From an uncultured Acidobacteriota bacterium (lineage in GTDB: Bacteria > Acidobacteriota > Thermoanaerobaculia > Multivoradales > UBA5704): a stretch of DNA of 64,000 nt. The stretch spans positions 1 to 64,000 of the forward strand of contig CAVYRF010000003.1 in the NCBI GenBank assembly GCA_963770895.1, given 5' to 3'. The notes under the pieces are model-generated. The model was not told where the DNA came from and ran no database searches. It saw only the letters and a list, made by a program, of their open reading frames with translations. Positions 11,352 to 23,931 of this stretch are shown piece by piece. The first letter of the stretch is position 1. Each line of letters starts with the position of its first letter. A program made the translations under genes and the position numbers.

Positions 11352-11381
11352 GGGGGCTGCGGATGTTGAGCGCAGCCCCCC
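11352..11381 (-). terminator. GC-rich hairpin downstream of the sedolisin gene
   Basis: GGGGGCTGCG-gatgttgag-CGCAGCCCCC; no clear U-tract. Confidence 0.4.
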
Positions 11382-11397
11382 AGTTGCGGCCACGCGT

Positions 11398-13074
11398 CTA
11401 AGGAGCGATGGCGTTGATCAGGTTGGCGCAGTTGGGAGTTCCCCAGCCGGTGGACAGGTCGTAGCCCGCGGTCGTCGGGTACGTGCCGTTGCCGCCGCTG
11501 GTGATGTCGTGGAAGTCCTTTTTGTAGTTGGGCCCGGTGCCGATGGCGTAGAAGAGCGGGTTGACGAAGCCGATCGGCCCTTCGTCGTTGGCGTATGCCT
11601 GCTGATTGGCCAACGCCAGGTAGCCGGCCCACAGCGGCGCCGCGAAGCTGGTTCCGCCCCAGCCCCCGCCGCAGGTGCCGTCGTAGCAGATGTAATAGTT
11701 GGCGGCGTTGAGGGAGACGTCGGGGGCGTTGCGATAGGTCTTGGACCCCTTGTTGGCGGTGGTGATGACGCCGGCCAGGGTCTGGTAGCTGGGAATCGCG
11801 ATCTTGTTGGGAGAGATGCCGCCGCCGCCGTCCGTCCAGCCGGTTTCCGATTTCCAGGCGCCGCCGGGGCCGGTGGTGACCAGGACCGTGCCGCCCACGC
11901 CGGTGACATACGGATCGTCCGCCGGGTACACGTCGCTGGATCGGGAGTTGTAAGCGCCGCTGTCGCCCGACGCCACGAACAGGTTCTGACCCTGTGCCTG
12001 AAACTCCTTGAATATCGGGTCGTCGCTGCTGGGGTCGGCCGGGCTCCAGCCCCACGAACAGCTCAGCTGCTTGGCGATGTTGTCCGTGGCCATGCGGTTG
12101 AAGATGCTGACGTCGCTGGTATCGGAGACGTAGACCAGGACCTCTTTCATGCCCGGCGCCATCGAGATCATCTCTTCGACGTCCAGGACCTGCTCGGTGT
12201 CGTCGCAGCTGCCGGTGCAGGCCAGGCTGGATCCGTCCGTCGACACGCCGACGACGGACACGTTGAGCGCCTGTCCCGCCTGGGTGAAGTACGCCTTGAT
12301 GTCCTTCTGGTTGTAGCCGGCGAATTCCAGCACTCCTCCCGACTGGCCGGCGCCGGTCAGCGCCGTGCCGCAGTAGTAGGCCGCCCGCATGTCGCTGCCG
12401 AAGTAGTAGCCACCGGGTCCGGAGCCGGTGAGCGAGGCATTGCTGATGACGCTCTCCACCTGCTGGTGGCGGACCGGGTGCGGAATCGAGAAGGTGTCCA
12501 GGCCCGTCACGTGCCACAGGGCGACCGGCAGATCCGCCGTCGGCTCACGGTCCGGGGCGTAGAACGTCCGATTTTCGGTCGGGTGCTGGTACACCCCCAT
12601 GTTCACATGGAAGGCGCGTTCGACATCCGCCACCGAACCCGCGACGTTCACGACCAGCCGGTTGGCCGCGGTGCCGGTCACCTTGAGCCCATGCGCCGCC
12701 GCGTACGCAAGGACCGCGTCGTAGTCCTGTTGCGACGGGCCGAAGCGCGCGGTGAACTCCTGGACGCTCAAGTATTGGTGGTACAGGCCGCTTGCCGGAT
12801 CGCCCTGCGCCTGGAGCAGCGCATCGAGCTCGGGCTCGTTGCGCAGCGGCAGGGCGACGTTCAACCGCAGGACCTGCGCCGCCGGAAGCCGGCCGACAAG
12901 AGCCGCCTGGCCGCCTGCGACCGCGTCGCGGACGTGCCGCGTCAGCAGTTGCTGCCCCTGCCCCAGGGCCGGCAGGGCCATGCAGGAGGCCAGGAACAGG
13001 GCTGCCGCAGCCACCATCGATGAACCTCGCAAGGCGCTCCCGACGCTGTTTGGACCGGTTGTCTTCATTGTCAT
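11398..13074 (-). CDS. S53 sedolisin/kumamolisin family peptidase with pro-domain (catalytic triad intact)
   Basis: Pro-kumamolisin domain 'YHQYLSVQEFTARFGPS'; 'TEQVLDVE', 'ASGDSG', 'GGTSFAAP'; Ca-site 'DITSG...GYDLSTGWGTP'. Confidence 0.93.
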   Translation of the reverse strand: MTMKTTGPNSVGSALRGSSMVAAAALFLASCMALPALGQGQQLLTRHVRDAVAGGQAALVGRLPAAQVLRLNVALPLRNEPELDALLQAQGDPASGLYHQYLSVQEFTARFGPSQQDYDAVLAYAAAHGLKVTGTAANRLVVNVAGSVADVERAFHVNMGVYQHPTENRTFYAPDREPTADLPVALWHVTGLDTFSIPHPVRHQQVESVISNASLTGSGPGGYYFGSDMRAAYYCGTALTGAGQSGGVLEFAGYNQKDIKAYFTQAGQALNVSVVGVSTDGSSLACTGSCDDTEQVLDVEEMISMAPGMKEVLVYVSDTSDVSIFNRMATDNIAKQLSCSWGWSPADPSSDDPIFKEFQAQGQNLFVASGDSGAYNSRSSDVYPADDPYVTGVGGTVLVTTGPGGAWKSETGWTDGGGGISPNKIAIPSYQTLAGVITTANKGSKTYRNAPDVSLNAANYYICYDGTCGGGWGGTSFAAPLWAGYLALANQQAYANDEGPIGFVNPLFYAIGTGPNYKKDFHDITSGGNGTYPTTAGYDLSTGWGTPNCANLINAIAP

Positions 13075-13082
13075 GCTCCTCC

Positions 13083-14771
13083 TCAAGGCACCAGGGCGTT
13101 GATCAGGTTGGCGCAGTTGGGCGACCCCCAACCGGTGACCAGGTCATAGCCGGTGGTGGCGGAATAGGTGCCGTTGCTGCCGCTGGTGATGTCGTGGAAG
13201 TCTTTCTTGCCGTTCGGCCCCAGGCCGATGCTGTACAAGGTGGGATTGAGGAAGCCGGGCGTCGCCATGCCGTGAGCGACCTCATCCTGGTTGACCAGCG
13301 CCAGGTAGCCGGTCCACAGCGACGCCGAAAAGCGCGTCCCGTCCCAGCCGCCGCTGCAGCTGCCGTCGTTGCAGATGTAATCGTTGACGGCGTTCATGGC
13401 GAGGTCGGGACCATTGCGATAGGTCTTGGACCCCTTGTTGGCCGTGGTGATGACGCCGGTCGGGGACTGGTAGCTGGGAATGGCGATCTTGTTGGGCGAG
13501 ATGCCGCCGCCGCCGTCCGGCCAGGCGGTTTCTGATTTCCAGGCGCCGCCCGGTCCGGTGGTGACCAGGACCGTGCCGCCGACGCTGGTGACAAACGTAT
13601 CGTCCGCCGGATACACGTCGGCGGACTTTGCCTTGTAGGCGCCGCTGTCGCCCGATGCCACGGCCAGGTTCTGGCCCTGCGCCGAAAACTCCTTGAAGTA
13701 CGGGTCGTCGCTGCTGGGATCGGCCGGGCTCCAGCCCCACGAGCATTCCAGCTGCTTGGCGACGTTGTCCGACGCCATGCGGCTGAAGATGCTGGCGTCG
13801 CTGGTATCGGAGACGTAGATCAGCACCTTGTCCAGGCCTGGCGCCATCGAGATGATCTCTTCGGCTTCCAGCGCCTGGTCGGTGTCGTCGCAGCTGCCGG
13901 TGCAGGTCAGGCTGGAGCCGTCGGTCGATACGCCGACGACCGACGCGTCGAGCGGCTGGCCCGCCTGCGCAAAGTACGCGGTGATGTCGCTCTGGTTGTA
14001 GCCGGCGAAGGCGAAAACGCCCGCCGACTGGCCGGCGCCGGTCAGCGCGGTGCCGCAGTAGTACGCCGCCCGCATGTCGCTGCCCAGGTAATCGCCGCCG
14101 GGTCCGGAGCCGGTGAGAGCGCCGGCGTCGCTGACGGCACCGGCCTGCCGCCGGCGGCCCACCAGGCGGGGGATCGAGAACGTGTCGAGGCCCGTCACGT
14201 GCCACAGGGCAAACGGCAGGTCCGCCGCCGGCTCGCGGTCCGGAGCGTAGAACGTTCGCTGTTCGGTCGGATGCCGATACACGCCCAGGTTGACGTGGAA
14301 CGCGCGTTCGACGTCCGCCACCGACCCGGTCACGTCGACGAGCAGCCGGTTGGCCGAGGTGCCGACGACCTTCAACCCATGCGCCGTCGCGTATTGCACG
14401 ACGGCGTCGTAGTCCTCCTGCGACGGGCCGAAGCGTGCGGTGAACTCCTGCACGGTCAGGTATTGGTGGTACAGGCCGCTGGCCGGATCGTGCAGCGCCT
14501 GGAGCAGCGCATCCAGCGCCGGCTCGTCGCGCAGCGGCAGCGCGATGCTGAGGCGCAGGGTCCGCGTCGCCGCCAGCCGCCCCACCAGCGCCGCCTGGCC
14601 GCCCGCCACCGCGTCGCGCACGTGCCGCGTCAGCAGCGGCTGCCCCTGAGCCAGAGCCGGCAGGGCCGGCAGGGCCAGGCAGAGGGCCAGGAGCAGGCTG
14701 GCCGCGCCCACTGCCGAGGAACTACGCAAAGCGCCAGGGACGTTGGTTGGACGGGTGGTCTTCATCGCCAT
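13083..14771 (-). CDS. S53 sedolisin paralog, predicted catalytically inactive
   Basis: Colinear with the downstream paralog, but 'TDQALEAE' and 'WDGTRFSAS' replace E-x3-D and G-T-S; full-length intact ORF with RBS AGGAGG. Confidence 0.9.
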   Translation of the reverse strand: MAMKTTRPTNVPGALRSSSAVGAASLLLALCLALPALPALAQGQPLLTRHVRDAVAGGQAALVGRLAATRTLRLSIALPLRDEPALDALLQALHDPASGLYHQYLTVQEFTARFGPSQEDYDAVVQYATAHGLKVVGTSANRLLVDVTGSVADVERAFHVNLGVYRHPTEQRTFYAPDREPAADLPFALWHVTGLDTFSIPRLVGRRRQAGAVSDAGALTGSGPGGDYLGSDMRAAYYCGTALTGAGQSAGVFAFAGYNQSDITAYFAQAGQPLDASVVGVSTDGSSLTCTGSCDDTDQALEAEEIISMAPGLDKVLIYVSDTSDASIFSRMASDNVAKQLECSWGWSPADPSSDDPYFKEFSAQGQNLAVASGDSGAYKAKSADVYPADDTFVTSVGGTVLVTTGPGGAWKSETAWPDGGGGISPNKIAIPSYQSPTGVITTANKGSKTYRNGPDLAMNAVNDYICNDGSCSGGWDGTRFSASLWTGYLALVNQDEVAHGMATPGFLNPTLYSIGLGPNGKKDFHDITSGSNGTYSATTGYDLVTGWGSPNCANLINALVP

Positions 14772-14887
14772 CCTCCTGGGGGGCAGGCTATCCATACGCA
14801 ACTGAGAATTGACGCAATCACGCGCGGAGAGTGTATCTCCGGGTGCCGGGTCTGTCAAAGTAGACTGCCGCGCAAGGGCGGCCTGGG

Positions 14888-14943
14888 GGCGGCTTGAGAA
14901 GGTCGGCTTGAGAAGGGCGGCTTGAGAAGGCGGCTTGAGAAGG
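14888..14943 (+). repeat. 4 x 13-14 bp tandem repeat GG(n)CGGCTTGAGAA
   Basis: Read directly in the divergent intergenic region between the sedolisin pair and the esterase. Confidence 0.8.
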
Positions 14944-14967
14944 GTTTTCGCGCGCGAGGAGAACCGA

Positions 14968-15933
14968 ATGGCGCGGGCAGGGCGGTGGGTGCTGGGCGGA
15001 TGTCTGGCGGTGGTGGGGCTGCTGGCGGTGCTGGTCGGGGCGGCGCTGCTGATGCTTGGGCGCGGCGGCGGCGTGCGCGATCGCGAGGTGGAGCTGGCGG
15101 TGGCGGGAGAGGCGCGGACGTTTCTGGTGCACGCGCCGGCCGGGGCGGACCTGGCGCGGCCGGCGGCGCTGGTGTTGGCGTTCCACGGCGGCCTGTCGCG
15201 GGCGCGCAGCATGGTGGGGCTGACGGGGCTCGACCGGCTGGCGGACCGCGAAGGGTTCTTCGTGGTCTATCCGCAGGGGCTGGCGCGGCACTGGAACGAC
15301 GGCCGCTCGCGGTCGTTGCGGCTGCCGGACGACGTGGGCTTCGTGCGCGCGGTGCTGGCCTGGATGGAGCGCGAGCACCGCATCGATCGCCGCCGGGTGT
15401 ACGCCACCGGGGTGTCGAACGGCGCCTTTTTGAGCCAGCGGCTGGCCTGCGAGATGGCGGCCGACGTCGCCGCGGTGGCGTCGGTCGCCGGTCCGATGGC
15501 GGCGCCGGTGCTGGCGTCGTGCCGGCCGGCGCGGCCGGTGCCGGTGCTGCTGTTCCATGGCACGGACGACCCGCTGGTGCCCTATGCCGGCGGCCGCGTG
15601 CGCGGGCCGCACGGCGGCGCCGGCGCGTCGGTCGCCGCCACCGCCGGGTTCTGGGCGCGCACCGACGGCTGTACCGGCGCTCCTGTCACCGCGGACCTGC
15701 CCGATGCGCAGCCCGCCGACGGCACGCACGTGCGGCGCACGCTGTGGGCGCCCTGCGCCCAGGGGGCGGAGGTCGCGGTGTACACGGTCGAAAACGGCGG
15801 CCACACCTGGCCGGGCGGGCCGCAATACCTGCCGGCCTTCCTGGTCGGCAAGGCCAGCCGCGCCATCGACGCCACGGCGATCGCCTGGGACTTCTTCCGC
15901 CGCCACCCGCAACCCGCGGGCGGCGGCTCCTGA
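14968..15933 (+). CDS. Alpha/beta hydrolase, PHB depolymerase/LpqC-type esterase
   Basis: 'LAFHGG', 'VVYPQG', 'DDVGF', nucleophile 'GVSNGA', 'HGTDD', 'GGHTWPG'; N-terminal anchor. Confidence 0.9.
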   Translation: MARAGRWVLGGCLAVVGLLAVLVGAALLMLGRGGGVRDREVELAVAGEARTFLVHAPAGADLARPAALVLAFHGGLSRARSMVGLTGLDRLADREGFFVVYPQGLARHWNDGRSRSLRLPDDVGFVRAVLAWMEREHRIDRRRVYATGVSNGAFLSQRLACEMAADVAAVASVAGPMAAPVLASCRPARPVPVLLFHGTDDPLVPYAGGRVRGPHGGAGASVAATAGFWARTDGCTGAPVTADLPDAQPADGTHVRRTLWAPCAQGAEVAVYTVENGGHTWPGGPQYLPAFLVGKASRAIDATAIAWDFFRRHPQPAGGGS

Positions 15934-16149
15934 CCGCCGCGGCCCACGGCGTAGGGGGAGGGTGGGGGGGCCGAAGCCCCGCCCCGCCGGGCCATGGGCC
16001 GCGGGCCTGCCGGCTACCGGGCCGCGGGGTGGGGAGGCGGGGGCATTTGCTTTCTCGCCGCCGTGCCACTAGATTCTGCTTGACTCATCGCATGGGCTCG
16101 GCGGCGCCGGGCTTACCCTTCAAGCCGCACCAGCTTCCGGCGAAAAATC

Positions 16150-16872
16150 ATGGGACGCATCTTCGAAACCAGAAAACACACGATGTTTGCGCGGTGGGAC
16201 CGCATGGCGAAGCAGTTCGCCCGCATCGGCAAGGAGATCACCATCGCGGTGCGCCAGGGCGGCTCGGACCCGATGGCCAATCCGCTGCTGCGGCGGGTGG
16301 TGCAGAACGCGCGTGCGATCAACATGCCGAAGGAGAAGGTCGAATCGGCGATCCGGCGGGCGGCGGGCAAGGAGGCCGAAAGCTACCAGGAGATCCTGTA
16401 CGAAGGGTACGGCCCGCACGGCGTGGCCATCCTGGTGGAGACCGCGACCGACAACCCCACGCGCACGGTGTCCAACCTGCGGACCCATTTCAACAAGGGC
16501 GGCGGCAACCTGGGCAATACCGGCGGCGTCGCCTTCCTGTTCAAGAAGATGGGTGTGTTCCGCTTGCACCCGGCAGGGTTGGCGCAGGACGAGCTGGAGC
16601 TCGAGCTGATCGACCACGGCCTGGAGGAGATGGGCGAAACGACCGGCGAAAAGGGCGAGCCGCAGCTGCTGCTGCGCTGCGCTTTTGGCGACTTTGGCCA
16701 GCTGCAGAAGGCGCTTGAAGATTGCGGCATCACGCCGGTGTCGGCCGAGTCCGAATATGTCCCGTTGCGGCCGGTGGAGGTCGGCGAAGAGCAGGCCGCC
16801 GAAGCGCTCGCCCTGGTGGACCGCCTGGAGCAGGACGACGACGTGCAGAAGGTGTTCCATAATCTGGCCTGA
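16150..16872 (+). CDS. yebC: YebC/PmpR family protein
   Basis: '[11 protein letters not shown]', '[10 protein letters not shown]', 'TDNPTRT', '[10 protein letters not shown]'. Confidence 0.95.
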   Translation: MGRIFETRKHTMFARWDRMAKQFARIGKEITIAVRQGGSDPMANPLLRRVVQNARAINMPKEKVESAIRRAAGKEAESYQEILYEGYGPHGVAILVETATDNPTRTVSNLRTHFNKGGGNLGNTGGVAFLFKKMGVFRLHPAGLAQDELELELIDHGLEEMGETTGEKGEPQLLLRCAFGDFGQLQKALEDCGITPVSAESEYVPLRPVEVGEEQAAEALALVDRLEQDDDVQKVFHNLA

Positions 16873-16917
16873 ATCCGGCCTGGCGCTTGGGGTTGGACCG
16901 GCCGGTCGAGGTGGGCG

Positions 16918-17421
16918 ATGAAGCTTCTGGTCAACGGTGAGCAGCACGAAGTTTCGGTGCCGGACGACATGCCGCTGCTGTGGGTGCTGCGCGACGTGCT
17001 GGGCCTGACCGGCACCAAGTACGGGTGCGGCATGGCCCAATGCGGCGCCTGCACGGTGCTGGTGGACGACCAGCCCATGCGCTCCTGCGTGCGGCCGGCC
17101 GCCGCGGTGGCGGGCCGCAGGATCACCACGATCGAGGGGCTGAGCGCGGACGGCGACCACCCGGTGCAGCGCGCCTGGGCGGACATCGACGTGGTGCAGT
17201 GCGGCTACTGCCAGTCCGGCCAGATCCTGGCCGCGGTCGCCCTGCTGCGGGTCAAACCGCTGCCGACCGACGACGACATCGATGCCGCCTTGAGCGGCAA
17301 TCTGTGCCGGTGCGGCACCTACAACCGCATCCGCACCGCCGTGCACCGCGCCGCCAGCCTGATGGCGGCCCCGGCGCCGCCGGCGGCCGCGGCGCATTCC
17401 GCGGAGCGGCCGCCGTCGTGA
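16918..17421 (+). CDS. iorA: (2Fe-2S)-binding small subunit of an isoquinoline 1-oxidoreductase-type molybdoenzyme
   Basis: '[16 protein letters not shown]...C', 'QCGYCQSG', 'NLCRCGTY'. Confidence 0.93.
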   Translation: MKLLVNGEQHEVSVPDDMPLLWVLRDVLGLTGTKYGCGMAQCGACTVLVDDQPMRSCVRPAAAVAGRRITTIEGLSADGDHPVQRAWADIDVVQCGYCQSGQILAAVALLRVKPLPTDDDIDAALSGNLCRCGTYNRIRTAVHRAASLMAAPAPPAAAAHSAERPPS

Positions 17422-19763
17422 GCGCCACCTCGAGCCTGTCGCGGCGCGCCTTCCTGAAGAGCTCGGCGGCCGTGGGCGGCGGCCTGGTGATCGGCTTCTG
17501 GGTGCCGAGCATGGGGCGTTGGGCGTTTGCCGAAGGGCCGGCGCCGACCGGAGCCGGCGCCGCCACCACCGCCGGTGCCGCCGCCCCCCCCGCTGGACCC
17601 GCTGCCTCGGCTGCCCCCGCCGCCCCCGCTTCGACACCGCCGCCGGTCAATGCCTTCCTGCGCATCGGCGAAGACGAAACGGTGACCGTGCTGCTGTCCC
17701 ACTCCGAGATGGGGCAGGGCATCTGGACCACCCTGCCGATGCTGGTCAACGAAGAGCTGGACGCCGACTGGAGCCGCATCCGCGTCGAGCATGCGCCGGC
17801 GGCGCCGGTGTACGGCCATACGCAGTACCACGTCCAGATGACCGGCGGCTCGACGTCCACCTGGTCGGAGTTCGATCGCTACCGCACGATCGGCGCCGCC
17901 GCGCGCAGCATGCTGGTGGCGGCCGCCGCGGCGCGCTGGAACGTGGCGCCGGATAGCTGCAGGACCGCCGCCGGCTTTGTCGTGTGCGGCGACCGGCGCG
18001 CCAGCTACGGCTCGCTGGCCGCGGCGGCGGCGCGGCTGCCGGCGCCCGCCGACGTGCAGCTCAAGCCGCCGGAGCGCTGGCAGGTCATCGGCAAGCCGAT
18101 GCGCCGCCTGGATTCCCCCGAAAAGATCACCGGGCGCGCTCGCTTCGGCCTGGACGTGCGGCTGCCGGACATGCTGACGGCGGTGGTGGCGCACCCGCCG
18201 ACCTTTGGCGGCACGGTCGCCAGCTTCGACGCCGCCGCGGCCAAGGCGATGCCCGGCGTGCGCGCGGTGTACGCGGTGCCGTCCGGGGTTGCGGTCGTCG
18301 CGGATCACTTCTGGGCGGCCAAGCGCGGGCGCGACGTGCTGGCCGTCGAATGGCTGCCCGGCCCCCACGCCGACGCCGACTCCGTGCGGTTGCGGGCCGC
18401 CTACCGTGAGCTGGCGCGCACCGCCGGAGCCGTCGCCGCGCAAGCCGGCGACCCCGCCTGGATCGAAAAGGTGCTCGCCGCGGCGCCGGCCTCCGCAGCT
18501 CCCGCAACCCCCGCAGTCACCGCCGGGCCGGCCGCGACCCCTGCCGCCGGCGCGGCACCGGCGGCGCCGCTGCCCCCGCTCTCCCCGATCGTCGCCGAAT
18601 ACGCGGTCCCCTTCCTGGCGCACGCGCCGATGGAGCCGCTCAACTGCACGATCCGCCGCACCGCGGATGGTTGCGAGGTGTGGACCGGGACGCAGTTTCA
18701 GACCGGCGACCAGGCGAACGTGGCCAAGGTCCTGGGGTTGCGGCCCGAGCAGGTGAAGGTGTTCACCACCTTCCTGGGCGGCGGTTTTGGCCGCCGCGCC
18801 AATCCGCTGTCGGATTTCACCGTCGAAGCGGCGCACGTGGCCAAGGGCGTCGACCGGCCGGTCAAGGTGGTGTGGACGCGCGAAGACGACATCCGCGGCG
18901 GCTACTACCGGCCGATGGCCGTTCACCGGATGGAGGCGGCGCTGGCGCCTTCCGGCGCGGGGCCGCGGCCGCGCGCCTGGCGGCACCGCGTGGTGGCGCA
19001 GTCGATCCTGGGCGGATCGCCGTTTGCCGCGATGGTGCAAAACGGCATCGATCCGACCTCGGTGGAGGGCGCTGCCGACTCGCCGTACCTCCAGAGCGTT
19101 TCCGACTACCAGGTCGAGCTGCACACCGTGCCGCCGGTGGTGCCGGTGCTGTGGTGGCGCTCGGTCGGGCACTCGCACACCGCGTTCGCGGTGGAATCGT
19201 TCGTCGACGAGCTGGCGGCCGCCGCCAAGGAAGACCCGCTGGAGTTTCGCCGCGCGCTGCTGGCCGGGGCGCCGCGGGTGCGGGCGGTGCTGGAGCTGGC
19301 GGCAGCCAAGGCCGGCTGGGACGCGCCGCTGCGCGGGCGGCGCGCGCGCGGCATCGCCGTGCACGAATCGTTCGGCAGCATCGTCTGCCACGTGGCCCAG
19401 GTTGCGATCCAGGACGGGCGCATCCAGGTGGAGCGGGTGGTGACGGCGATCGACTGCGGCATCTGCGTCAACCCGATGTCGGTGCGGGCGCAGATGGAAT
19501 CCGGCGTCGCCTTCGGCCTGGGCGCCGCGCTGTACGGCGAGGTCAACCTCAAGGACGGCCGCGTGGTGGAGAGCAACTTCCACGACTACCGCATCCTGCG
19601 CCTGCACGAAATGCCGCGGGTGGAGGTGTACATCGTCGACAGCCGCGAAAAATCGGGCGGTGCCGGCGAGCCGGGCACGCCGCCCATCGCGCCGGCGGTG
19701 GCCAACGCCGTCTTCGCGCTCACCGGGCAGCGGCTGCGTGAGCTGCCGCTGCGGCTGGTCTGA
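17418..19763 (+). CDS. iorB: Xanthine dehydrogenase family molybdopterin-binding subunit (IorB type), Tat-exported
   Basis: GTG overlaps the iorA stop; Tat 'SRRAFLK'; 'EMGQG', 'TGGSTS', 'HAPMEP', 'GGGFGRR', 'WWRSVG', 'GAGEPG'. Confidence 0.92.
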   Translation: MSATSSLSRRAFLKSSAAVGGGLVIGFWVPSMGRWAFAEGPAPTGAGAATTAGAAAPPAGPAASAAPAAPASTPPPVNAFLRIGEDETVTVLLSHSEMGQGIWTTLPMLVNEELDADWSRIRVEHAPAAPVYGHTQYHVQMTGGSTSTWSEFDRYRTIGAAARSMLVAAAAARWNVAPDSCRTAAGFVVCGDRRASYGSLAAAAARLPAPADVQLKPPERWQVIGKPMRRLDSPEKITGRARFGLDVRLPDMLTAVVAHPPTFGGTVASFDAAAAKAMPGVRAVYAVPSGVAVVADHFWAAKRGRDVLAVEWLPGPHADADSVRLRAAYRELARTAGAVAAQAGDPAWIEKVLAAAPASAAPATPAVTAGPAATPAAGAAPAAPLPPLSPIVAEYAVPFLAHAPMEPLNCTIRRTADGCEVWTGTQFQTGDQANVAKVLGLRPEQVKVFTTFLGGGFGRRANPLSDFTVEAAHVAKGVDRPVKVVWTREDDIRGGYYRPMAVHRMEAALAPSGAGPRPRAWRHRVVAQSILGGSPFAAMVQNGIDPTSVEGAADSPYLQSVSDYQVELHTVPPVVPVLWWRSVGHSHTAFAVESFVDELAAAAKEDPLEFRRALLAGAPRVRAVLELAAAKAGWDAPLRGRRARGIAVHESFGSIVCHVAQVAIQDGRIQVERVVTAIDCGICVNPMSVRAQMESGVAFGLGAALYGEVNLKDGRVVESNFHDYRILRLHEMPRVEVYIVDSREKSGGAGEPGTPPIAPAVANAVFALTGQRLRELPLRLV

Positions 19764-19783
19764 AGCGGCGAGCGGAGCGTACG

Positions 19784-20497
19784 ATGATCCAGATCGAAGC
19801 CATGTCGCGCCGCCGTTCGCTGCCACGCCTGGCCGCCACCGCCGCCGTCACCGGGCTCGGGCTGGCCGCGACGCTGGGCGGCGGTCTGCTGCTGGGCGCC
19901 GGGCCGCGCCGCGCCGAAAGCGCCCAGGCCGCCGCTGCCACCGCTCAAACGGCGCCGCCGGCCGCGTCACCGGCCCGGCAGGCCGCGGCGCTGGCGGCGT
20001 TCGATACGGTGCAGCGGGTGCTGCAGCATCCCCGCTGCCAGAACTGCCATATCCCCGGCGACGCGCCGCTGCAGTTCGACGCCGGCCTGGTGCACGCGCA
20101 GAACGTACAGCGCGGTCCCGACGGCCACGGCGCGCCGGGCCTGCCCTGCGCCACCTGCCACGCCGACGCCAACCCGCCGGCCAGCTACGGCGCCCACGCG
20201 CCGCCGGGCGCCCCCAACTGGCACCTGCCGCCGCCGCAGCACAAGATGGTGTTCATCGGCATGCCCAAGGATGCGCTGTGCGAAGGTCTCAAAGACCCCA
20301 AGCGCAATGGCGGCAAGGATTTTGCCGCCCTGATCGAGCACGTGAGCCACGACAAGCTGGTGCTCTGGGGCTGGGCCCCCGGCGCCGGCCGCGCGCCGGT
20401 GCCGGTGCCGCACGACGCCTTCGTCGCCAGCTTCAAGACCTGGATCGCCGCCGGCGCCCCCTGTCCCGCGCCGGCCGCCGCCAGGAGCGGCCCCTAG
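19784..20497 (+). CDS. Periplasmic diheme c-type cytochrome partner of IorAB
   Basis: Signal peptide; 'HPRCQNCH' and 'CATCH' CxxCH motifs; 21 bp after iorB; start may be 19802. Confidence 0.8.
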   Translation: MIQIEAMSRRRSLPRLAATAAVTGLGLAATLGGGLLLGAGPRRAESAQAAAATAQTAPPAASPARQAAALAAFDTVQRVLQHPRCQNCHIPGDAPLQFDAGLVHAQNVQRGPDGHGAPGLPCATCHADANPPASYGAHAPPGAPNWHLPPPQHKMVFIGMPKDALCEGLKDPKRNGGKDFAALIEHVSHDKLVLWGWAPGAGRAPVPVPHDAFVASFKTWIAAGAPCPAPAAARSGP

Positions 20498-20521
20498 GAA
20501 CGGGCGGGCCAAGCTCGTGGC

Positions 20522-22735
<2,214 letters not shown>

Positions 22736-22791
22736 CGGCCACCTCCCAAAATCCCTGGTGTGCAAGCGCTGTGCCGGCTGCGTTCCGGCGG

Positions 22792-23931
22792 TCAGGGAGT
22801 GAAGCTGTGCACCGCTTCGATCACCCGCGCCTGGTCTTCGGGCGCAAGGGCGAAGTACAGCGGCAGGCGCACCAGGCGGTCGGCGACGTCGGCGGCGACG
22901 GGGCAGTCCAGGGCGCCGGCGGCGACCTTGCGCCCGTACTCCGACAGGTGCAGGGGCACATAGTGGAAGACCGCCAGGATGCCGCGCTCGCGCAGGTGGG
23001 CGATCAGCCGCTGGCGGGCGGCGAGCGACGGCAGCAGGACATAGAAGATGTGGGCCGGCTGTTCGCAACCGGGCGGCACCACCGGCAGGCGCGAGCCGGT
23101 CGCCTGCGCCCAGCCGGCGAGCTCGCGCGCGTAGCGGTCCCAGATGCGGTGGCGCGCCGCCTGGATGCGCTCCCGCGCCTCCAGCTGGGCCAGCAGGTAG
23201 GCGGCCAGCAGCTCGGAAGGCAGGTAGCTGGACCCCAGGTCCACCCAGCTGTACTTGTCCACCATGCCGCGGAAGAACTGGCTGCGGTTGGTGCCCTTCT
23301 CGCGCACGATTTCGGCGCGCTCGGCGTAGCGCGGGTCGTTGACGATCAGCGCGCCGCCTTCGCCGCAGGTGATGTTCTTGGTCTCGTGAAAGGAGAGCGT
23401 GGACAGGGCGCCGAAGCTGCCCAGCTTGCGGCCGTTGCGTTTGCCGAAGAGACCGTGGGCGTTGTCTTCGACGACGGCGATGCCGCGTCCGGCGGCGGCG
23501 TCCAGGATCGCTTCCATGTCGCAGCCGACGCCGGCGTAGTGGACGGCGACGATGGCGCGGGTGCGCGGGCCGATCAGGCGCGGCAGCAGCTCCGGGTCCA
23601 GGTTGAGGGTGTCGGGCCGGACGTCCGCGAACACCGGCCGGGCGCCGCGCAGGGCGAAGGCGTTGACCGTGGAAACGAAGGTGAACGACGGGATCACCAC
23701 CTCGTCGCCGGGGCCGACGTCGAGCAGCAGCGCCGTCATGTCCAGGGCGTGCGTGCAGGAGGTGGTCAGCAGCGCCCGCGCGGCGCCGGTCTCCTGTTGC
23801 AGGATCTGGCTGCACCGGCGGGTGAACTCCCCGTCTCCCGACAGCCTGGCGGCTGCGATCGCCTGGTGCATGTAGCGCAGCTCGTCGCCGGTGACGGCGG
23901 GGCGGTTGAAGGGGATGGAGAGCTCGGTCAT
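22792..23931 (-). CDS. wecE: dTDP-4-amino-4,6-dideoxygalactose transaminase
   Basis: 'IPFNRP', 'SGDGEFT', 'TTSCTHAL', 'EDNAHG', PLP lysine 'SFHETKNITCGEGG', 'EKGTNRSQF'. Confidence 0.93.
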   Translation of the reverse strand: MTELSIPFNRPAVTGDELRYMHQAIAAARLSGDGEFTRRCSQILQQETGAARALLTTSCTHALDMTALLLDVGPGDEVVIPSFTFVSTVNAFALRGARPVFADVRPDTLNLDPELLPRLIGPRTRAIVAVHYAGVGCDMEAILDAAAGRGIAVVEDNAHGLFGKRNGRKLGSFGALSTLSFHETKNITCGEGGALIVNDPRYAERAEIVREKGTNRSQFFRGMVDKYSWVDLGSSYLPSELLAAYLLAQLEARERIQAARHRIWDRYARELAGWAQATGSRLPVVPPGCEQPAHIFYVLLPSLAARQRLIAHLRERGILAVFHYVPLHLSEYGRKVAAGALDCPVAADVADRLVRLPLYFALAPEDQARVIEAVHSFTP

